Assembly: GCF_038025025.1 (NCBI RefSeq)
Contig: NW_027117345.1
Coordinates: 806,001-870,000 of the forward strand
From: Phyllosticta citribraziliensis
Lineage: Eukaryota
Direction: 5' to 3'
DNA length: 64,000 bases
Positions 60,301 through 64,000 of the stretch are shown one piece after another. Within the stretch, counting starts at the first letter, position 1, and the number at the start of each line of letters is the position of its first letter. Under the pieces are notes generated by a model. The model was not told where the DNA came from, made no database searches, and saw nothing but the letters and a program-made list of their open reading frames with translations. The position numbers and the translations under genes are program-made.

Positions 60301-62873
60301 GGCTGAGCTGTCACTGGTAGCATCGCTGTCGTTGTACCCGCGAGTATCCACCGTGGAACCACCCTTGAAGTTATTTGGAGCCATGATGTTTTGGATGAGA
60401 TCAGAGACGCCCGCTTGAGTCTTTGTCATCGTAGTTGCTGAGAGTTCACGGGACGGAAGGACTATAGACCTGCCCTTTGGTGCACGCCCGCCTACATCTT
60501 TGGCATCTCTGGGTGGAGGAGCAAAGTTGAATCGTCCGTCGGCTGCGTACTTGGAATCTGCAGCTGCCACTTGTCGACCAAAGTCAACAGCATCGAACAG
60601 GCTTTTCCGGCGGGATCCTTTTGGGTCTTCTACTTCTCCGACCTGGTGGTCGTCGCCTCCAGTCTCTGGGACGAAGAGTCTCTGATTGATCGCAGAAGGA
60701 CTCAGTGGGGGACTAGGTTCGCGGGGAGTCTTAACATGAGACGCAGGTTCGTCCTCTCCTTGCAGTCCGGATCCATATTTCAAGTCTGCGGGTTTGGATT
60801 CTGTTTGACCTGCACGCTCCAACATGTGGACGCCCGATTCTGCTGCGCCAACGGTGGTGACAAGCTCACCGCCCGCAGAATATCCTTCTCCGTCGTTCAT
60901 GTGGGATCCAGCGAGCTGCAAGTTCGGCGAGATGCCAAGATTGCCATCCACAGGCGAAGAGACCTGCTTCGGAGGATCGTCGAACACGGGCGGCCCTGAC
61001 ATGTCCATAAGGTCAAAATCGGCAGCATCCGGATCATCGAAAAAGTTGAAATCGGCTTCGGTGACATCGTTTGCTCCAAACATTTCCTCGTCAATGTCGC
61101 CAAATAGATCATCGCCGTTGCTTGACCTCGAGGCGTGACCCGCCGCTGAGGCATGGACGCTCTGCGACGGTTCATGACGCTCGCTCGAAGTGCCTCCGGT
61201 AGCAATACCAGATTCATTCAATAGCATTGTATCTTGGCCGTTGCCTTGTCCTTGTGTTGAGTCGCTGGTTTGTCCGGTGATCACTCCATCCATGGGTGTT
61301 GGTCCCGAGGTGTTTGGTGCAAGAACGCCGTCCGGAGGAGTAGGATATACGCCGCTGATGGCTTGCAAATCTCCATAAGCCGAGCCGCGGGAATAAAGTG
61401 GAGAGGATGGGTAGGTCGTCACTGGTTCGGGTGCCACGTGGGTGCTTTCCTCTTGTGACATGCGAGCCTTTCTTCGCGAGTCGAGGGCCTTCTCGCGTTC
61501 CGATCTGCCCAGAAACCAGTCGTGAGCTTGCCAAAGGGGATCTTTGAACCCATCTCTATCGCCATTGGCCCACCACCTAATGGCTTTCTCGGTTGACTGA
61601 GCGTCACTCTCAGATTCATCGGGTTGATGTCCCTGGCGATTGTCATCTGCAGCATCCAACATATGAGCGAAGCAGAGAAAGGAGGGCCAGAGGCATTCCT
61701 GATATCCTCCGTTGGGCAGGTCGCGATTGTCCTTCGAGGTTGATGGATAGGAAATCTGAACCTGAATACGGGCCCATTTGTTTTCCCCATCCATATTCAC
61801 CAGGGCAATCCCTTTTCTGCGTAGCCATCGCTCGACGTCCACCTTCCACTGCTCGATTGATCTTGCCCGTTTTGAGTACAATAAGCTGGCTGTCTCGCCT
61901 TCGCCTCCAGCAGCTTCAGTGCCAACATATCTGGCAAGGAGTCCACTCGGGGCGACGCGGACAATCTTGCCTACCTGGTCATCTGCTAAATCCCGTGACT
62001 TCAAGGTCGGCTCAAGCTGATAGAGAACGGACCGATCTGACACGGATGTAGAAATTACTAGGGTTCCAGACGTTGAAAGGTGAACATCCAAGGTCAAGAT
62101 GTAAAACTTGTTGCGGCTTTGCAGATTCGGGCCGTCATCATCATTAGTTTGACTTTGCGTCAGTCGTGGGCATGAAATAAAGGTGCGGTAATTCAGGGGT
62201 ATCATCTTCTGAGAAATGGACAACTGGTACGAAATGGATGCTATGACAGCGGCGATGAGCGCCTCGTATATCGCAAGCGGATCATGCTGCTTGCCGGGCT
62301 CAGATGAAGTCGTCGACGCGAAATTGGGTTGGCTGTTTTGCTGAAAAGCTCTGGCGTTCGCCGCACGTGCATTGGATGTGTTTGGACCTGATCCAGCTCC
62401 AGAATGGGCGGAGAAGCCAGGAGTTCGCCCGGCGAATTTGGCCAATTCGGAAGCTTTCAATGTTGCTTCGGTGACATCTGATGACGGTGAGAATCTGGCA
62501 GGCGATGTGGGACGGACCATGGACATACGCTGTAGATGAGGCACGTGGCCCTGTTGATCTCTTTGTAGAGAGTCTTGATCAAATACCGGAGGAGTTGCTC
62601 CAGGTTCAAACAGCCACAGGAGGAGCCGATCTCTGTCTACAAAGACGAGATGTTTCGAGTTGCGCAAGATGGCCTCGACGGTACTCAGTTCTTCGATTTG
62701 CGTGTTGCGGCTGCCGGATCCCTCAAGGCTGGACTTGGCGGCCAAAGTACGGTAAGAAATGGCGCTGTAGCCACCCTAGAGATACTTAGAATGGAACTGA
62801 TGGCAGAACAGGAGAGGCAGATCATTCTTACAACGGCAGAGACGCTGGTGTTACTGGACTTGAGGGAATCCAT
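57308..62873 (-). CDS. SSN2: Mediator kinase-module subunit Med13, multi-exon
   Basis: MDSLKSSNT start, VYPTPPDG, DVTEADFNFFDDPD, LPPALSFWEPLGLAPASGPKNI, SYEAAKFGSH, HVGYSISFDGSWITAAWTDNAG, YRNLGLLA..VPWHVAA. Confidence 0.92.
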
Positions 62874-63384
62874 TTGCCAAGAAAAGACAAGGCTAGGAGA
62901 CGCTGGGATTATGAAGAAGTTCCTGATCCACGACGGCAGCAGCAACGAAGAAGCTCATCAAAGCAGACCGAGTCGAGAGAGCCTCGATCACGATGAATGG
63001 GGGCCAAGATGCAAGGCTTGCCCCGTTTGAGGCGAGAGAAGCGATGTGTCGGCGCGCGCAACCAGGGTTGACTTGGACACCTGCATCGTTGACCGAGGCG
63101 GAAAAGGTCAGAGGTCAGAGGAGCGCTCGGCCCAGTGATGGCAGGCGGAAGTCGAGACCAGGAGGGAAGGGGATGAAGAAGGAAAGGCGCTTGATGGACA
63201 GCATCTGATGAGTTGCGGTGCGAGGGCCATCGGATGGAGCGACTCGCACGGACCACCTCAGCCCTACCGACCGCCGCCGTGCCGACGCGCTAAGTCCGCC
63301 CGGGCGCGTATCCCCGGCCCTGGCGCGGAACTTTTTCCAACCACCGCCACGACTCCTCGCGGTCCTTCGCTCCACCACGCCGCC

Positions 63385-64000
63385 ATGAAGGTCACCAACC
63401 ATTCCGATGTGCCCGTCTACACCATCTCCGGCTCAAATACGGCGCGACCGCTGCCCGAGTGGCTGGCCCGCAAGAGAAAGCGCAGCCTGAAGCAGGACCC
63501 AGAATATGCCAACCGCATCGAGCTTCTTCAGGACTTCGAGTTCGAGGAGGCCAGCCAGTGCGTCCGCGTCAGCGAAGATGGCGACTGGGTCATGAGCACG
63601 GGAACGTACAAACCGCAAATCCACACCCATTACCTGCCGCACTTGTCGCTGTCTTGGACCCGCCACACCAACACCGTCAACGAAACCTTCATCCTCCTGT
63701 CCTCCGACTACTCCAAATCCCTGCACCTTCAGACCGACCGTTTCCTCGAATTTCAAACACCTGGAGGTCTCCACTATTCGACCAGAATACCCAGATATGG
63801 CAGAGATCTCAAGTATGATCGACGTTCGACCGAGGCTCTTGTTCCCGCCGTCGGCGTCAACCAAGATGGCATGGGAGAAGTGTTTCGGCTCAATCTGGAG
63901 CTCGGACGTTTCATGAAAGGCTATGAGATTGACGTTGGTGGAGATGACTTTACATCTACAGGCGGCGGTGCGCTGCAGGGTGGAATCAACACTGGCAGTG
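63385..64000 (+). CDS. ENP2: Ribosome biogenesis WD40 protein Enp2/NOL10, 5' part (runs off the window)
   Basis: MKVTNHSDVPVYTISG..LPEWLARKRKRSLKQDPEYANRIELLQDFEFEEAS..GTYKPQIH..RIPRYGRDL..EVFRLNLELGRF. Missing from the ORF track because it has no stop within the window. Confidence 0.93.
   Translation, partial: MKVTNHSDVPVYTISGSNTARPLPEWLARKRKRSLKQDPEYANRIELLQDFEFEEASQCVRVSEDGDWVMSTGTYKPQIHTHYLPHLSLSWTRHTNTVNETFILLSSDYSKSLHLQTDRFLEFQTPGGLHYSTRIPRYGRDLKYDRRSTEALVPAVGVNQDGMGEVFRLNLELGRFMKGYEIDVGGDDFTSTGGGALQGGINTGS

Overview
Gene-dense, GC-rich DNA from a filamentous ascomycete (Pezizomycotina; Dothideomycete-like is only a guess), with short spliceosomal introns (GT..CTRAY..YAG). About 21 protein genes are recognisable after manual splicing: GEM1, creC-type WD40, creD-type arrestin, Slm1-like PH protein, GH18 ENGase-like protein with a C-terminal UBA domain, DUF985 cupin, HBS1/SKI7, CDF metal transporter, HSP104, PHD protein, PPxY single-pass membrane protein, prefoldin 4, DHA1 MFS transporter, GABA-type permease, EMP65/TAPT1, RING-H2 protein, BUD22, ATG13, MED13 and the start of ENP2. 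There is also one dispersed 5S rRNA gene. I saw no transposon, tRNA or CRISPR. Most interesting: (1) a probable hidden 6-exon gene with a 4-nt micro-exon in the apparently empty ATG13-MED13 interval; (2) a cytosolic deglycosylase-like GH18 fused to a ubiquitin-binding UBA domain; (3) two in-frame 3' splice sites that would make Ski7-like and Hbs1-like isoforms from one gene; (4) adjacent creC and creD; (5) a 5S rRNA variant with compensatory changes. All gene models are by eye and have no transcript support.
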